From an uncultured Desulfospira sp. (GTDB lineage: Bacteria > Desulfobacterota > Desulfobacteria > Desulfobacterales > Desulfobacteraceae), in NCBI GenBank assembly GCA_963663165.1, contig OY760175.1, forward strand, positions 832,001-896,000: a DNA stretch of 64,000 nt. The letters run 5' to 3'. Position numbers and translations under genes: made by a program. Below, piece after piece: positions 32,037 through 42,270 of this stretch (its first letter is position 1; each line of letters begins with the position of its first letter). The notes under the pieces are model-generated. The model did no database searches. It saw nothing but the letters and a program-made list of their open reading frames with translations, and was not told the origin of the DNA.

Positions 32037-32797
32037 CAGCCATCTTCCTTTGTGGTTACCGCTTTAAAAACCTTTAACCGCCCTTCATAGACCTGGCTGA
32101 GCAGGTCTTCTTTGAGAACCAGACCCGGGGGGCCGTAGGCGTAAAGCCGCTGCTTGATCAACAGCAGTTTGTCAAAATATTCAGATGCCGTGGACAGGTC
32201 ATGGTGAACCACCACCAGGGTTTTGCCGGACTCTTTGGCCCGTTCCAGCACATCAAGAATGGCCCGTTCCGTTGCTGCGTCCACCCCGGCAAAGGGTTCG
32301 TCCAAAAGAAGGATATCGCTGCCCTGGGCCAGGGCCCTGGCCATAAACACCCGCTGCTGCTGCCCCCCGGAAAGCTCCCCGATCTGCCGGTCGGAAAACT
32401 CAGTCATCCGGACCATGTCCAGGGCCTCCATGGCCTTGTCCCAATCCTTTGGCTTAGGTGACGAATACCAGGGAATCTGCTGGTAACGACCCATTAAGGC
32501 CACTTCTTTGACCGTTATGGGAAAATCCCAGTCTACGGCCCCCCGCTGGGGCACATAGGCCACCTGGCCTTTGGCCTTTCGGGCAGGAACACCGTTGATG
32601 CGAACAGTTCCCAAATCCGGGGTAACAAACCCCAAGACAGCCTTGATAAAGGTTGATTTACCGGCCCCGTTGGGCCCGATAACCCCCACTAACTGATCGG
32701 TTTCAATGGCCACGGTAACATCGAGCAGGGCCGGCCTGGCATTGTAGCTGACGGTCAAATGTTCGACTTCAACGGCAAATTTGGGATGATCAGTCAT
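32036..32797 (-). CDS. Mn/Zn ABC transporter ATP-binding protein
   Basis: GPNGAGKS, YVPQR..WDFP, LSGGQQQR, LDEPF. Confidence 0.93.
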   Translation of the reverse strand: MTDHPKFAVEVEHLTVSYNARPALLDVTVAIETDQLVGVIGPNGAGKSTFIKAVLGFVTPDLGTVRINGVPARKAKGQVAYVPQRGAVDWDFPITVKEVALMGRYQQIPWYSSPKPKDWDKAMEALDMVRMTEFSDRQIGELSGGQQQRVFMARALAQGSDILLLDEPFAGVDAATERAILDVLERAKESGKTLVVVHHDLSTASEYFDKLLLIKQRLYAYGPPGLVLKEDLLSQVYEGRLKVFKAVTTKEDG

Positions 32798-33293
32798 GGC
32801 CGGACTCCTTTTCAGGGTCAAGGGTAAAGCCGACCGTTCCGGCCACCCGTTCCCCATGCCCGGCCCAGATGGTTTTATCAACCATGGATGCCCCGTTCAA
32901 GGTCAGCTTAACCCGGATGCCGTGAAACAGCGTACTTTCACTTACCGGGGGCCCGGCATTAATATAAACTTCGTTAAACCCGGGCAAAAGGGCTGGCAAG
33001 CGGCTGATCCGCAATTCCTGTCCCCGGGCCATATCCGGGGATGGCAAATCAATGTTTTTCCCGTTGAGCCTTATCACCAGATCTGATGTACTCTCATCCC
33101 CTGTGTCCAGGGCAAAGGGATCTTTCTGAGTAGAAAAGGTCGGGGTCAGGCTTAAAATAAAATCCGCCTGGACCACCGTTACGGCCTTTGCCCGGGCCGG
33201 TTCGCCGGGCAGCCGGGCGTCCCTGGCAGCGGTATAAAGCCATACGCTGCCAACCATGGCCACCCAGATCAGTATGCCAAGTAAAAATCTCAC
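32790..33293 (-). CDS. Hypothetical membrane-anchored periplasmic protein in metal ABC operon
   Basis: 167 aa; N-terminal TM; LTPTFS..DPFAL; overlaps the downstream gene. Confidence 0.7.
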   Translation of the reverse strand: MRFLLGILIWVAMVGSVWLYTAARDARLPGEPARAKAVTVVQADFILSLTPTFSTQKDPFALDTGDESTSDLVIRLNGKNIDLPSPDMARGQELRISRLPALLPGFNEVYINAGPPVSESTLFHGIRVKLTLNGASMVDKTIWAGHGERVAGTVGFTLDPEKESGHD

Positions 33294-33297
33294 GGCT

Positions 33298-34230
33298 TTA
33301 TTTAAGCGCCCTCACAATTAAAAGGGTATTTTCCCGCATCATGCCGATATAGGTTTCCCCGGCCGAGCCTTTCGGCCCCATGGAGTCCGAGTAAAGCTCT
33401 CCGCCGATTTTTACACCGGTTTCCTGAGCAATTTCACGAATCTGCTTGGGGTTGATGGTGGTTTCAACAAATATGGCCGGGGCACCGGATTCTTTGATGG
33501 AGGCGACCACCTTCTGCCGCCGTTCCGGTGTCATGCCGGCCCCGACTTCAGCACCCGTAGACCATCCGACCGGGGCAATGGATAGAAAATCATTCTCTTC
33601 ATTAAAGTTGTATTCCCGGCAAAAATAATTGAAGGCATCATGGGTAGTGACCAGAATTCTTTGCCGGGAAGGGATAGTGCTGACCTGCTCTCTGATCCAG
33701 GCATCCAGAACCCGAAGCTGCTGTAAATACAATTTTCCCCGGGCCTGGTAGGCGTCCTTGTTTTCAGGATCAATCCCGGCCAGGGCCTTTATGATATTGT
33801 TCACATAAACCGCCGCATTCTGAGGGGAAAACCAGGCATGGGGATCCGGAAGGGTTTGTTTCCCTTCCTGGATCAACAACGGTTTGATTCCGTTGGTGGC
33901 TGTAACCAGGGGTTTGCCGGCATCTGTGGCCAGGGTTTTCATCCAGGATTTTCCTTCCAGATGAAGACCATTTTCAATGCATAGATCAGCCTTTAAAACA
34001 ATTTGAACATCATTGGGGGTAACCGTATAGGTGTGGGGGTCGGCCCCCGGCGCGAGAATGCTTTGCACCACGGCATGATCCCCTGCCACCTTTCGTGCAA
34101 AATCACCGATCTGTGTCGTAGATACAACGATAACCGGCTTTTCAGATGCCGATACCGGGGCAAGAAAAACGCCAATATTAACGGCCATTACCAGTACCAT
34201 CAAAATTGAATTTCGAATCATAAATCTCAT
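33298..34230 (-). CDS. Mn/Zn ABC transporter substrate-binding protein (TroA/MntA-like)
   Basis: DPHTY, NGLHLE, DPHAW, TTHDAFNYF, LYSDS; start MRFM after AAGGAG. Confidence 0.93.
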   Translation of the reverse strand: MRFMIRNSILMVLVMAVNIGVFLAPVSASEKPVIVVSTTQIGDFARKVAGDHAVVQSILAPGADPHTYTVTPNDVQIVLKADLCIENGLHLEGKSWMKTLATDAGKPLVTATNGIKPLLIQEGKQTLPDPHAWFSPQNAAVYVNNIIKALAGIDPENKDAYQARGKLYLQQLRVLDAWIREQVSTIPSRQRILVTTHDAFNYFCREYNFNEENDFLSIAPVGWSTGAEVGAGMTPERRQKVVASIKESGAPAIFVETTINPKQIREIAQETGVKIGGELYSDSMGPKGSAGETYIGMMRENTLLIVRALK

Positions 34231-34271
34231 GGGCTGTACTCCTTGATCAGTTGATTTAAAGATATACAAAC

Positions 34272-34292
34272 CTAAATGTGATGCATATTTAG
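34272..34292. promoter_or_regulatory. Candidate metalloregulator operator (palindrome)
   Basis: CTAAATGTG-ATG-CATATTTAG (8/9 arms) about 40 bp upstream of the metal ABC operon. Confidence 0.4.
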
Positions 34293-34476
34293 AACCGGAA
34301 CAACCGTTTTTAAAACCAGACCGGTCTTCCTTAGAATTACAATAATGGCTGATCATAAATCGTCAAATTTAATATTTTTTGTCAAAGGTTTTTTTATTTT
34401 TTCTTGAACGTAAAAACAATAAATTATATGGTACCTGCCCTGATGTAACGGAACACTTAAGACAAGGACCAAAGCC

Positions 34477-35724
34477 ATGACAGACCAACCCAACATTATG
34501 ATTATCGGCGGCGGGGTTATCGGCCTTGCCTGCGCCCATTATCTGATTGAAAAAAAGGCCCGGGTGACCATCATTGAACGAGACCGGGCTGGTGACGGGG
34601 CGTCCCACGGGAACTGCGGACTGCTCTATTTCAGTGATGTTACCCCCTTGTGTGTTCCCGGTGCGGTGGGCCATGAAATCATCAGGACCCTTAAGGGCAC
34701 CTCCCCCCTTTACATCAAACCCACCTTGGACCCCGGCCGGCTCAGCTGGCTGCTCAGATTTGCGGGAAACTGCACCCATGGCCATAAACGAAAAGCAGCC
34801 AAAGGCAAATTTGAACTGCTCTCGTATAGTGACCGGCTGTACGGCGACCTTTTAAAATCAAAAGAGTTGCTTTGCGATTACGAGGCCAAAGGGGTGCTGA
34901 CCGTTTTCAAAAATCCTGAAAATTTTAACGGATTTACCGCAACCGACCAGTTTCAGCAAACCTTTGGTATCAAAAGCCGTAAAATTAAAAAACAAGAACT
35001 GATAGAAATGGAGCCGGCCCTTGGCAATGATGTGGTTGGGGCATGGCATACCATAGGGGACGCCCATTTGCGGCCTGAGCTGCTTATGGCATCCTGGAAA
35101 AATGCGTTAACAAAAAAAGGGGTGGTGTTTGAAGAAAACTGCCGGTTTCTCAAGTTTAACCAATCCTGCGGCAAGGTCGACAGCATTAACACCTCAAAGG
35201 GCCGGTTTAAAGCCGATGCCTTTGTCATGGCTGCCGGCGCCTGGACCCCGTCCACCATGCAGCAGTTGAATCTAAGACTGCCGGTGGAACCGGGAAAAGG
35301 GTACAGTATTACCATGAAACCGTCCAAAGACTGTCCGGTCTTCCCGTTATATTTTTATGAGAGCAACGCCGTGGCCACCCCATGGAAAAGCGCCTGCCGG
35401 CTTGGGGGCACCATGGAGTTTTCAGGCTACGACATGGGGCTGAACCGCATTCGAATAAACAAAATTATATCCGGGGCCCGGCAGTATCTTAAAAATCCCC
35501 TGACCAGTCCCATTATCGAAGAGTGGACCAACCTGCGGCCCATGACCTGCGACGACATGCCCATTATCGATACGGTCCCTGCCCTGGATAACCTGATTGT
35601 GGCCACCGGCCACGGCATGCTCGGCTTAACCCTTGCCACAGGAACCGGCAAAGCGGTCAGCGACCTGGTATACGGCAAAAAACCTGAAATTGATCTGTCG
35701 CCGTTTTCTCTTTCCCGGTTCTGA
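34477..35724 (+). CDS. D-amino acid dehydrogenase (DadA-like FAD oxidoreductase)
   Basis: IIGGGVIG, ASHGNCG, PGKGYS, LRPMT.D, GHGMLGLTLA. Confidence 0.88.
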   Translation: MTDQPNIMIIGGGVIGLACAHYLIEKKARVTIIERDRAGDGASHGNCGLLYFSDVTPLCVPGAVGHEIIRTLKGTSPLYIKPTLDPGRLSWLLRFAGNCTHGHKRKAAKGKFELLSYSDRLYGDLLKSKELLCDYEAKGVLTVFKNPENFNGFTATDQFQQTFGIKSRKIKKQELIEMEPALGNDVVGAWHTIGDAHLRPELLMASWKNALTKKGVVFEENCRFLKFNQSCGKVDSINTSKGRFKADAFVMAAGAWTPSTMQQLNLRLPVEPGKGYSITMKPSKDCPVFPLYFYESNAVATPWKSACRLGGTMEFSGYDMGLNRIRINKIISGARQYLKNPLTSPIIEEWTNLRPMTCDDMPIIDTVPALDNLIVATGHGMLGLTLATGTGKAVSDLVYGKKPEIDLSPFSLSRF

Positions 35725-36025
35725 TCGCGGATAGCGGTGGCACTGGTCTGGTGAATTGTAGAAAAGGTAATTAGACTGAAGGGATGAACAGCCCTAAACC
35801 CCTTCAGCCTTCAGCCTAATCCCCTACATTAGATTGGAGATTATCCCCCTTCATCGTTCCCTTTTTTCTTTTCTTGATAATGGGCAAAATTTATCCTATG
35901 ATGCCTTTTAAATTCTGACCGAATATCTCGATAACTCTCTATTATTGTTGCGATTCATTTGATGTGGGCAAACCATTAAAACCTTGAACCGGCTGATCTG
36001 TTGGCCATTTCAAAAGGGGGAAAAG

Positions 36026-39000
36026 ATGATCGCATCCAAAATCCGTCTTGGGACGGTTTTACTTGGCACCATTTTTATTCTGGCCACAGCCCTTACAACC
36101 GACCTTGGGGCAGAGGGCATTGAAACCTTTACCCTGCCCTGCGGCATGCAGTGGGGCACACTTTATGGAAACGGCATGATTCCAACGGACATGGTTCCCG
36201 TGTCTGACGGATTTGTCCTGTCCGTTGTGCAGTGTGATGATCCGTCAAACTGCAGTCTTTCTCCCTGGTGGGTGACAACCTCTGCCCGGATGGTCAAATT
36301 GGACAGAACCGGCAACCGGGTGTTTGACCAGCCGGTCTTTAACCCGTCAGATACCGGCCCCTATACGGCCGCACTGGGAATTGAACTGGTTCCATTAAAT
36401 GCTGACGGATCAGGGGAAGACGGATTTATGGTTTCAGGCCGGAAATACCAGAGCCATTCCTATGACGGAACCACCTGGGAGCAATGGGATATGTGGGTAT
36501 CCCGTACAGACAATGATGGCAATTTTTCCTGGGAAAAAACCTTTGGCCGTTTTGGCGATGAGTGGGCCAATGATATATCGGTTTTCTGGGACCCTGGTTC
36601 CTCAAGGTATGATTTTTACCTGGGCGGAAATCAGCCGGACCTTGGAAACACGGTCTGGGATGGTTGGATTTTAAGAGCTTCTTCTTCCACCACAGAATGG
36701 AGTCACGGCTGGGATGATATCGACGGGCCGCCTTATGAAATTTTCTGTGTTGAGGCAACTTCTGACAAAGGCGTCATCGCCGGAACCCTAAGCGGTATTT
36801 ATAAATACGACCAAGAAGGAAACCGTGAGTGGATGGCAGAATCAGGCAGTACCTGGTTTGGCATCCGGAATACGTCTGACGGCGGATACATTGCCGTTGG
36901 CAGCAAGACGCAAATCGGTGCCTATGATCTTTGCTATGCCGGGGTATGTGGGGACCTGACCCTGGTCAAACTTAACAGCGACGGCAGCACACAATGGTAT
37001 AAGACCTTTGGGGAAGCAGGAAAACCCGATGCCGGCTACGATGTGATCCAGACAAGCACCGGCGGCTATGCCGCCGTTGGCATGACCACCTCTTATCAGC
37101 CCACTATCCGTTTCAGCATCTGGCTGCTTGCCGTTGACAGTGACGGGGAACTTCTATGGGACGTCCCCATTGGCGGAGACGGATACGATGAGGGGGTTGC
37201 CATTGCCGAGGACACGGGCAGTGATCCCGGATTTGTTGTTGTGGGGACCACCACCTATGACCTGTATGGCGAAGATGGGGATCTCGGCCAGGACGGGGTC
37301 AGGGAAGACCATATCTGGGCCTTTAAAACCCGGGGGTTTTACTCACGGCCCCAAGCCACATTTACCTGGTCTTCGGATGATCCGGTGTTTGTCTACCAGA
37401 CCATTGCGTTTGACGCCTCCCCTTCCCTGGACGATGACGGGGAAATTTTAAGCTATGAGTGGGATTTTGACGGGGACGGCACGGCTGATGCTACCGGCCT
37501 TTTGGCCTCATATTCCTTTTCGTCCCCCGGCACTCACACGGTGACCCTGACCGTAAAAGATGACGACTGCCTTTTTGACACTGTTTCCCAGACCATTACC
37601 GTAGTGGGCCCCCAGATTCTGTGGAAAAGAACCATTACCAATGAAAGGGACTGTGAAGAAGGGGCCTACTGCTACATTGACGTCAGGGGAAATGATATTA
37701 TAAGGGGCACCGACGGCGGGTTTGCTGCCACAGGCTACTCCTTTTTCGGATATTCATCCGGCAGTAGAAGAAATGATATGTGGCTGCTCAAAACCTTTGA
37801 TAACGGTATCATGCAATGGCAGCGCAACCTGACCCAAAATTTCAATGTGTGGGAACAGGGGACAGCCCTTGCCGCAGCACCGGATGACGGCTACGTGATC
37901 ATCGGCGATTATAATGAGGATACAGCCTACTTTCAGTATCCCAGGTTGAGCCTGGCCAGAACGGATGTTCAGGGCAACCTTCTGTGGCATACCATCTTTG
38001 GTAATGATGCAGATGAGGCATTCAAATGCATGGGCATGGATGTATTAAGCCTTGAGTCCGGGGATATTATCGCGGCGGCAAACAAATATATTGACGGTGA
38101 AGGCTGGGCCATGTGGGCTTTTAAGACAGATGCCAACGGCACACCCCTTTCGGTGGAATCCCTTGTGCATTCCACCCCGGATAATTACAGCGGTTTCGCC
38201 TTTTTAAAATCCATTGCCCGGGACACCCCGGACGGGGTCATTATATCCGGGCACTATGGTTCCCAGATAAGCGGCAGCAACGGGGCGGTTTCCCTGATCC
38301 GGACAGATGACGACCTGAACCTGGACTGGTTCTTTGCCTGGGACCGGATCTCCTACGCCTTCAACTCAGGCAACTGGGTTGAGCGACTGGATGACGGATA
38401 TGTCATTGGCGGGTGCAATGACAGTATGCCGTCCGTTAGAAAACTGAACACAGAAAAGGAAGCGGTCTGGCACACATCAGTGGATGACCAGGATTTTGAA
38501 GGCTGCTTTGACTCAGGGGCTGTGACACCGGATAACGGATTTATCCTTGCAGGGCCTGCAGAATTAAATACGGACGGGGCAACCCAGGAAGGGATCCTTG
38601 CAGCAAAATTCAGCAGCGCAGGCGGCCTTGAATGGTACAAATTTCTGGTCAATGACAATGAAGACTATTCTTATGCCATGGGCGGCAGCGTTGTGGCCCT
38701 GCCTGACGGCAGCGTTATTGTCATGGGAAACGAATGCCATTACAGCGGCGGCTACGGGTGCCGGGCAAAACTGTTTAAAATCGCACCCTATAATACCCTT
38801 GTGGCGGCCTTTGACATGATGGTCCGGGACGGATTCATCCCCCTTGAAATCGAATTCACCGATTTAAGTACCGGCGGGACCGCCCCTTATACCTATGCAT
38901 GGGATTTTGACGGGGACGGCGTTATTGACTCCACAGAACAGCATCCCACCGTCACTTTTCCAGACCGGCAGACCTACTCGCCAAGCCTGACCGTCACCGA

Positions 39001-39757
39001 TGAAAACGGGCAGACCGACACCTTTGTGTGTGAGGCCTGCGTTTTCACCCGTGACCCGGGCGTCTATACAACTGATGCAGGTGTAACCATCACCGATTTT
39101 TCAGTTACCGACGACGCCGCATCCTATCCGGGGACCTATGATTTTGAACTGGCCCCGGACATGATAAACAGTGAAACCGCTTTTGGCTTCACCATATCGG
39201 CTACAGGGGAGGATGGAACCTATCCGTTTCAGATCACCTTTCCAAGCCCCTATGATCCGGACATGGTGCTTTACAAACTGCCGGACTGGACCGAACTTGC
39301 CTATACAATCATTGACGAATACACCATTGAAGTGGAGCTTTCCATTGTAGATGGCCAGCTTGATCCGCCCTTTGTCCTGACCTTATTTTATCCTTTGAAG
39401 ACCCTGACTATTCTGGTAGAGGGAAACGGCACCACTGACCCTGCCCCCGGGGTTTACAGCTACTATGTGAACAATGTCACATCCATACCGGTTCAGGCCA
39501 TTGCCGACAGCGGCTGGGAATTTGATTCCTGGAGCGGCAGCATCTCGGGCACCACCAACCCCAGGACTGTCACCTTTTACAGTTCTTCCAAAGATATGAC
39601 CATTACCGCAACCTTTATACAGGCCTCTTTGCCCGGGGACAGTGAACCGGACGGAGATGTGGATGGCAAGGACATTTACAGCCTGATCAGCCGGTCCGGC
39701 GGATTTACGGCCGAGGAGCTGGAGGCCCTGGCCGGTAATTTTGGGACGGTACTATAA
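36026..39757 (+). CDS. Large secreted protein: two beta-propeller-like repeat regions, two PKD domains, InlB-B-like repeat, C-terminal dockerin-like motif
   Basis: Signal peptide; WxKTFG and DGGYIAVG repeats; YEWDFDGDG and YAWDFDGDG PKD; A..GWEFDSWSG; GDSEPDGDVDGKD. Confidence 0.85.
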   Translation: MIASKIRLGTVLLGTIFILATALTTDLGAEGIETFTLPCGMQWGTLYGNGMIPTDMVPVSDGFVLSVVQCDDPSNCSLSPWWVTTSARMVKLDRTGNRVFDQPVFNPSDTGPYTAALGIELVPLNADGSGEDGFMVSGRKYQSHSYDGTTWEQWDMWVSRTDNDGNFSWEKTFGRFGDEWANDISVFWDPGSSRYDFYLGGNQPDLGNTVWDGWILRASSSTTEWSHGWDDIDGPPYEIFCVEATSDKGVIAGTLSGIYKYDQEGNREWMAESGSTWFGIRNTSDGGYIAVGSKTQIGAYDLCYAGVCGDLTLVKLNSDGSTQWYKTFGEAGKPDAGYDVIQTSTGGYAAVGMTTSYQPTIRFSIWLLAVDSDGELLWDVPIGGDGYDEGVAIAEDTGSDPGFVVVGTTTYDLYGEDGDLGQDGVREDHIWAFKTRGFYSRPQATFTWSSDDPVFVYQTIAFDASPSLDDDGEILSYEWDFDGDGTADATGLLASYSFSSPGTHTVTLTVKDDDCLFDTVSQTITVVGPQILWKRTITNERDCEEGAYCYIDVRGNDIIRGTDGGFAATGYSFFGYSSGSRRNDMWLLKTFDNGIMQWQRNLTQNFNVWEQGTALAAAPDDGYVIIGDYNEDTAYFQYPRLSLARTDVQGNLLWHTIFGNDADEAFKCMGMDVLSLESGDIIAAANKYIDGEGWAMWAFKTDANGTPLSVESLVHSTPDNYSGFAFLKSIARDTPDGVIISGHYGSQISGSNGAVSLIRTDDDLNLDWFFAWDRISYAFNSGNWVERLDDGYVIGGCNDSMPSVRKLNTEKEAVWHTSVDDQDFEGCFDSGAVTPDNGFILAGPAELNTDGATQEGILAAKFSSAGGLEWYKFLVNDNEDYSYAMGGSVVALPDGSVIVMGNECHYSGGYGCRAKLFKIAPYNTLVAAFDMMVRDGFIPLEIEFTDLSTGGTAPYTYAWDFDGDGVIDSTEQHPTVTFPDRQTYSPSLTVTDENGQTDTFVCEACVFTRDPGVYTTDAGVTITDFSVTDDAASYPGTYDFELAPDMINSETAFGFTISATGEDGTYPFQITFPSPYDPDMVLYKLPDWTELAYTIIDEYTIEVELSIVDGQLDPPFVLTLFYPLKTLTILVEGNGTTDPAPGVYSYYVNNVTSIPVQAIADSGWEFDSWSGSISGTTNPRTVTFYSSSKDMTITATFIQASLPGDSEPDGDVDGKDIYSLISRSGGFTAEELEALAGNFGTVL

Positions 39758-39851
39758 AGAAGGGAGACCGGAAGAAGGAAGACGGAAGACCGGATGTTTA
39801 ACACCCTCCGGTTTCCGGTCTCCATTTTCCATCACTTATAGTCCTGTAGAA

Positions 39852-39880
39852 GGGTGGGTAAAAGCGCAGCGTTGCCCACC
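39852..39880 (+). repeat. REP-like hairpin (copy of the 10.8-kb element), preceded by a 7-nt-period hairpin at about 39760-39832
   Basis: gtagaagggtgggtaaaagcgcagcgttgcccacc between convergent genes. Confidence 0.7.
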
Positions 39881-39923
39881 ATTAACCGCTGCCTTCGTAA
39901 CTTTGTTAACAACAAAGTGGCAT

Positions 39924-40931
39924 TCAACACTTGTAGTATGCCCGGTACCAGTCCACAAAATTCTGAACCCCTTCTTGAACCGGGGTGGCGGGTTTAAATC
40001 CGGTATCGGCGATCAGATCGTTGACATCGGCATAGGTTGCGGGCACATCGCCGGGCTGGAGAGGTAAAAATTCTTTGATGGCCTCCTTTCCTAACGCTTT
40101 TTCAATAGCTTCGATAAATTCCATTAAGGCCACGGGCTGGTTGTTTCCGATATTGTATATCTTGTAGGGGACCCGGCTTGAAGACGGATTGGGGGTGTCT
40201 GAGGACCAGTCCGGATCCGGTTCCGGGATTTTATCCATTACCCGGATCACCCCTTCCACAATATCGTCAATATAGGTAAAATCCCGCTGCATGTTTCCGT
40301 TGTTGAACACCTTGATGGGCTCATTGTTCAAGATGGCTTTGGTAAACAAAAATAAGGCCATATCAGGTCTTCCCCAGGGGCCGTAAACCGTAAAAAACCG
40401 CAGGCCCGTACAGGGCAGGTTGTACAGATAGGCGTAGGTGTGGGCCATGAGTTCGTTGGCCTTTTTGGATGCGGCATAGAGGCTGATGGGGTGATCCACA
40501 TTGTGCCTGACCGAAAAGGGCATTACGGTATTCAGGCCGTAAACCGAGCTGGACGAGGCATATACCAGGTGCTTGACCCCACAATGGCGGCACCCTTCAA
40601 GGATGTTGCCAAAGCCCACCAGGTTGGAGTCCACATAAGAGGCCGGATTTTCAAGGCTGTACCGGACCCCGGCCTGGGCCGCCAGGTTGACCACGCAGTC
40701 AAATGAAACCGATTTAAACAGGGTTTCCATGGCTTTCCGGTCGGCAAGGTCCAGCCGTTCAAAGGTAAAGCCCGTTTGATTTTCAAGTTTTGAAAGCCGG
40801 TCTTTTTTCAGGTTCACGTCATAATAGTCATTGAGGTTGTCGATCCCCCAGACATTGACGCCCTTGTCCAGAAGACGCTTGCTCAAGCTGTATCCTATAA
40901 ACCCGGCAACGCCGGTGACCAGTACATTCAT
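39924..40931 (-). CDS. NAD-dependent epimerase (UDP-glucuronate 4-epimerase family)
   Basis: [39 protein letters not shown]. Confidence 0.95.
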   Translation of the reverse strand: MNVLVTGVAGFIGYSLSKRLLDKGVNVWGIDNLNDYYDVNLKKDRLSKLENQTGFTFERLDLADRKAMETLFKSVSFDCVVNLAAQAGVRYSLENPASYVDSNLVGFGNILEGCRHCGVKHLVYASSSSVYGLNTVMPFSVRHNVDHPISLYAASKKANELMAHTYAYLYNLPCTGLRFFTVYGPWGRPDMALFLFTKAILNNEPIKVFNNGNMQRDFTYIDDIVEGVIRVMDKIPEPDPDWSSDTPNPSSSRVPYKIYNIGNNQPVALMEFIEAIEKALGKEAIKEFLPLQPGDVPATYADVNDLIADTGFKPATPVQEGVQNFVDWYRAYYKC

Positions 40932-40979
40932 AAATTTCTCTCCTTAGTCAAGAACTGCTTGGCACCTGATCGAAAACCC

Positions 40980-41105
40980 GTGTTTGGACGAGAAATTGCC
41001 CATATGCAAGGCACAGAAAAATTGGCAACCGGAGCAACCTTGAAGGTTGTGAGGATTGCCGATTTTTCTGTAACGCGGCAGATGGGTGATTTCTCGTTCT
41101 AACAC
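40980..41105. repeat. 126-bp palindromic MITE/REPIN-like element
   Basis: Terminal 24-bp arms match 20/24; inner arms acagaaaaattggcaa/ttgccgatttttctgt; core ggagcaacc-ttgaa-ggttgtgag. Confidence 0.75.
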
Positions 41106-41812
41106 TACCACAACTCCCAGGAGCCGGTATAATAGACATAAAGCGCCAGCCCCAAATTGGTGACACCATGGGCCACGATACAGGATAAAAGATCTTTTCT
41201 AATAATCCACAAAAAGGCCATCAAAAGACCGTAGGCAATGGCAGCCGGCCACTCCGGGGTGGTGTGGCCCAGGGTAAAAATCACCGTGGAAATCCAGACA
41301 GCGGCCCAGTTCCAGGCCCCCGGCGAAACCGTTGAAATATCGGCGTGTTCAAGGGTGTGCCAGAGGGGCTGTTTTACTTTTTGTTTTCGAAATTCATCCC
41401 ATTGAAGGGCCACCCGGTACACAAACCCGCGCATCATCAGCTCTTCAAATACCGGGACCACCAGGCTGGCCGTGACCAGGCGAAGAATAAACCCGGTAAC
41501 TGTCCACGGCTCCTGGCCGGGGGTGGCAAACGGCGCAAAAAGAGCAATCCATACCACCAGGCCGACAATGCCGAAAACCACGCCGTACAGGGATGAGACC
41601 ACTTTGCTTTTAGGACCGGTTAAAGGGACGTACCACTTCCAGGCCCAGGCGAGCAGTGCTGGGACGATAACAAGCTTTAGGCAGTAATTGAGTTCAACGC
41701 TAATTTTATTGTGCAGAACCGAGGAAATGGCTACATATGCAAAATATGGTGCAGCATAGGGAATAATCAGTTCCTGGTTGGCCCATCGAGCAACAGATAT
41801 TTTTTGCGGCAT
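41105..41812 (-). CDS. CAAX prenyl protease-related (CPBP) protein, PEP-CTERM/exosortase-associated type
   Basis: PYAAPY, RL..LVVPVFEEL..RG, F..GH, AHGVTN..LALYV. Confidence 0.85.
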   Translation of the reverse strand: MPQKISVARWANQELIIPYAAPYFAYVAISSVLHNKISVELNYCLKLVIVPALLAWAWKWYVPLTGPKSKVVSSLYGVVFGIVGLVVWIALFAPFATPGQEPWTVTGFILRLVTASLVVPVFEELMMRGFVYRVALQWDEFRKQKVKQPLWHTLEHADISTVSPGAWNWAAVWISTVIFTLGHTTPEWPAAIAYGLLMAFLWIIRKDLLSCIVAHGVTNLGLALYVYYTGSWELW

Positions 41813-41985
41813 CAGCTGTACCCTTTCCTATCCAGTCAGTTATCAGTGGGTATGTCTTAATGGATAAGAAAGAATATTTCAAGGGCTATCTTATTTTTAA
41901 ATACATAACTAACAAGTTGAAACTGCAAATGGGGAATACATCAAGGAAAACGGCTTAACAGAAGGGCAAAACAAACAGACAGGAC

Positions 41986-42008
41986 AATCCCCCCGAAAGG
42001 GGGAAAAT
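41986..42008 (-). terminator. Possible terminator hairpin after the small Arg-rich gene
   Basis: tccccccgaaagggggaa hairpin; T-rich tail is interrupted. Confidence 0.4.
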
Positions 42009-42018
42009 CAACCTTCAC

Positions 42019-42270
42019 TTAAGGCAGGTCTGAAAAAATCGGGGCACTGCTCCACTTGCTGATTCTTTCCCAGCCGTACCGGTCTTCCCAGCCTTTTCTG
42101 CGGTCGGCTCTGTTTTTGCGCAGCTGGCTTTCGGGATACCCGGGCCCCATATCCAGGATCCTGCGGTCAACCGGGGATCTGCGGTCCACAGGGGAGCGTT
42201 TTTCATACATATTTTCATCTTTAATCGGGGGCATATTTTCCTCTTCACTGGTGGTAAAGTCGCTTTTCAT
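42019..42270 (-). CDS. Small Arg-rich protein with tandem DRR repeats
   Basis: 83 aa; strong RBS AGGAGG; EKRSPVDRRSPVDRR..RADRR..EDRYGWERISKWSS. Confidence 0.75.
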   Translation of the reverse strand: MKSDFTTSEEENMPPIKDENMYEKRSPVDRRSPVDRRILDMGPGYPESQLRKNRADRRKGWEDRYGWERISKWSSAPIFSDLP

